Source: Podarcis gaigeae
Lineage: Eukaryota
Length of the DNA: 64,000 nucleotides
Assembly (NCBI GenBank): GCA_964106915.2
Contig: OZ066914.1
Reading direction: 5' to 3' (one strand)
Shown here piece by piece: positions 63,284-64,000 of this stretch. A program made the translations under genes and the position numbers. The notes below the pieces were generated by a model. It worked only from the letters and a program-made list of their open reading frames with translations. It was not told the DNA's origin and searched no databases. The first letter of the stretch is position 1. Every line of letters begins with the position of its first letter.

Positions 63284-63770
63284 GAGACATCACCTTGCCA
63301 ACAAAGGTCCATATAGTTAAAGCCATGGATTTTCCGGTAGTGGTGTATGGAAGTGAGAGCTGGAACATAAAGAAGGCTGATCGCCGAAGAATTGATGCTT
63401 TTGAATTATGGTGCTGGAGGAGACTCTTGAGAGTCCCATGGACTGCAAGAAGATCAAACCTATCCATTCTGAAGGAAATCAGCCCTGAGTGCTCACTGGA
63501 AGGACAGATCCTGAAGCTGAGGCTCCAAGACTTTGGCCACCTCATGAGAAGAGAAGACTCCCTGGAGAAGACCCTGATGTTGGGAAAGATGGAGGGCACA
63601 AGGAGAAGGGGACGACAGAGGACAAGATGGTTGGACACTGTTCTCAAAGCTACAAACATGAGTCTGACCAAACTGTGGGAGGCAGTGGAAGACAGGAGTG
63701 CCTGGCGTGCTCTGGTCCATGGGGTCACGAAGAGTCGGACACGACTAAACGACTAAACAACAACAACAAC
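63284..63770 (+). mobile_element. BovB/RTE LINE 3' fragment with 11-bp TSD
   Basis: The frame is open to its natural stop (...GVTKSRTRLND*); (AAC)n tail; TSD catatggagca at 63273-63283 and 63770-63780. Confidence 0.95.
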
Positions 63771-63829
63771 ATATGGAGCACAATCTTGCGAGCCCCCACT
63801 TGCTTTCAGTTTAGCATTTCAATGAGCTG

Positions 63830-64000
63830 GAGGAGGAGACTATCAATGGTTACTAGCCATGATGGCTATGGTCTACCTCCATAGGTGGAGACAGCAATGC
63901 TTCCAAACACCAGTTGCCCGAAACCACAGAAGGGGAGAGTCTTCTTGTGCTCATGTCCTCCTTCCTAGTTTATCACAGGGATCTGGTTGGCCACGGAGAG
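63830..64000 (+). mobile_element. Old CR1-type 3' UTR fragment (runs off the window)
   Basis: ctatcaatggttactagccatgatggcta...atctggttggccac. Confidence 0.5.

Overview
Vertebrate genomic DNA, almost certainly from a lacertid lizard (Podarcis/Lacerta-like), judged by Sauria-SINE, Squam3-like SINE, BovB/RTE, CR1 and L2 content. The window holds the 3' part of MIPOL1 on the minus strand. Three coding exons (60898-60992, 37087-37317, 4985-5051) have canonical GT-AG sites and matching phases, separated by introns of ~23.6 kb and ~32 kb. The rest is intron/3' flank filled with truncated retrotransposons, SINEs, Tc1/mariner- and hAT-type MITEs, microsatellites and several repeat-free, motif-rich blocks. 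These blocks may be enhancers, since MIPOL1 neighbours FOXA1 in mammals. Most ORFs in the supplied track are spurious or TE-derived. I found no convincing new protein-coding system. The most unusual structures are: (i) a head-to-head double BovB insertion into a palindromic target with identical tails (63241-63780); (ii) a 785-bp TSD-less element resembling a tyrosine-recombinase retroelement repeat next to a MIPOL1 exon; (iii) a perfect 34-bp-arm palindrome with a nested hairpin (45299-45379); (iv) a candidate in-frame alternative 3' exon of MIPOL1 (740-997). Gene and repeat identities come from recalled sequences, not from database searches.
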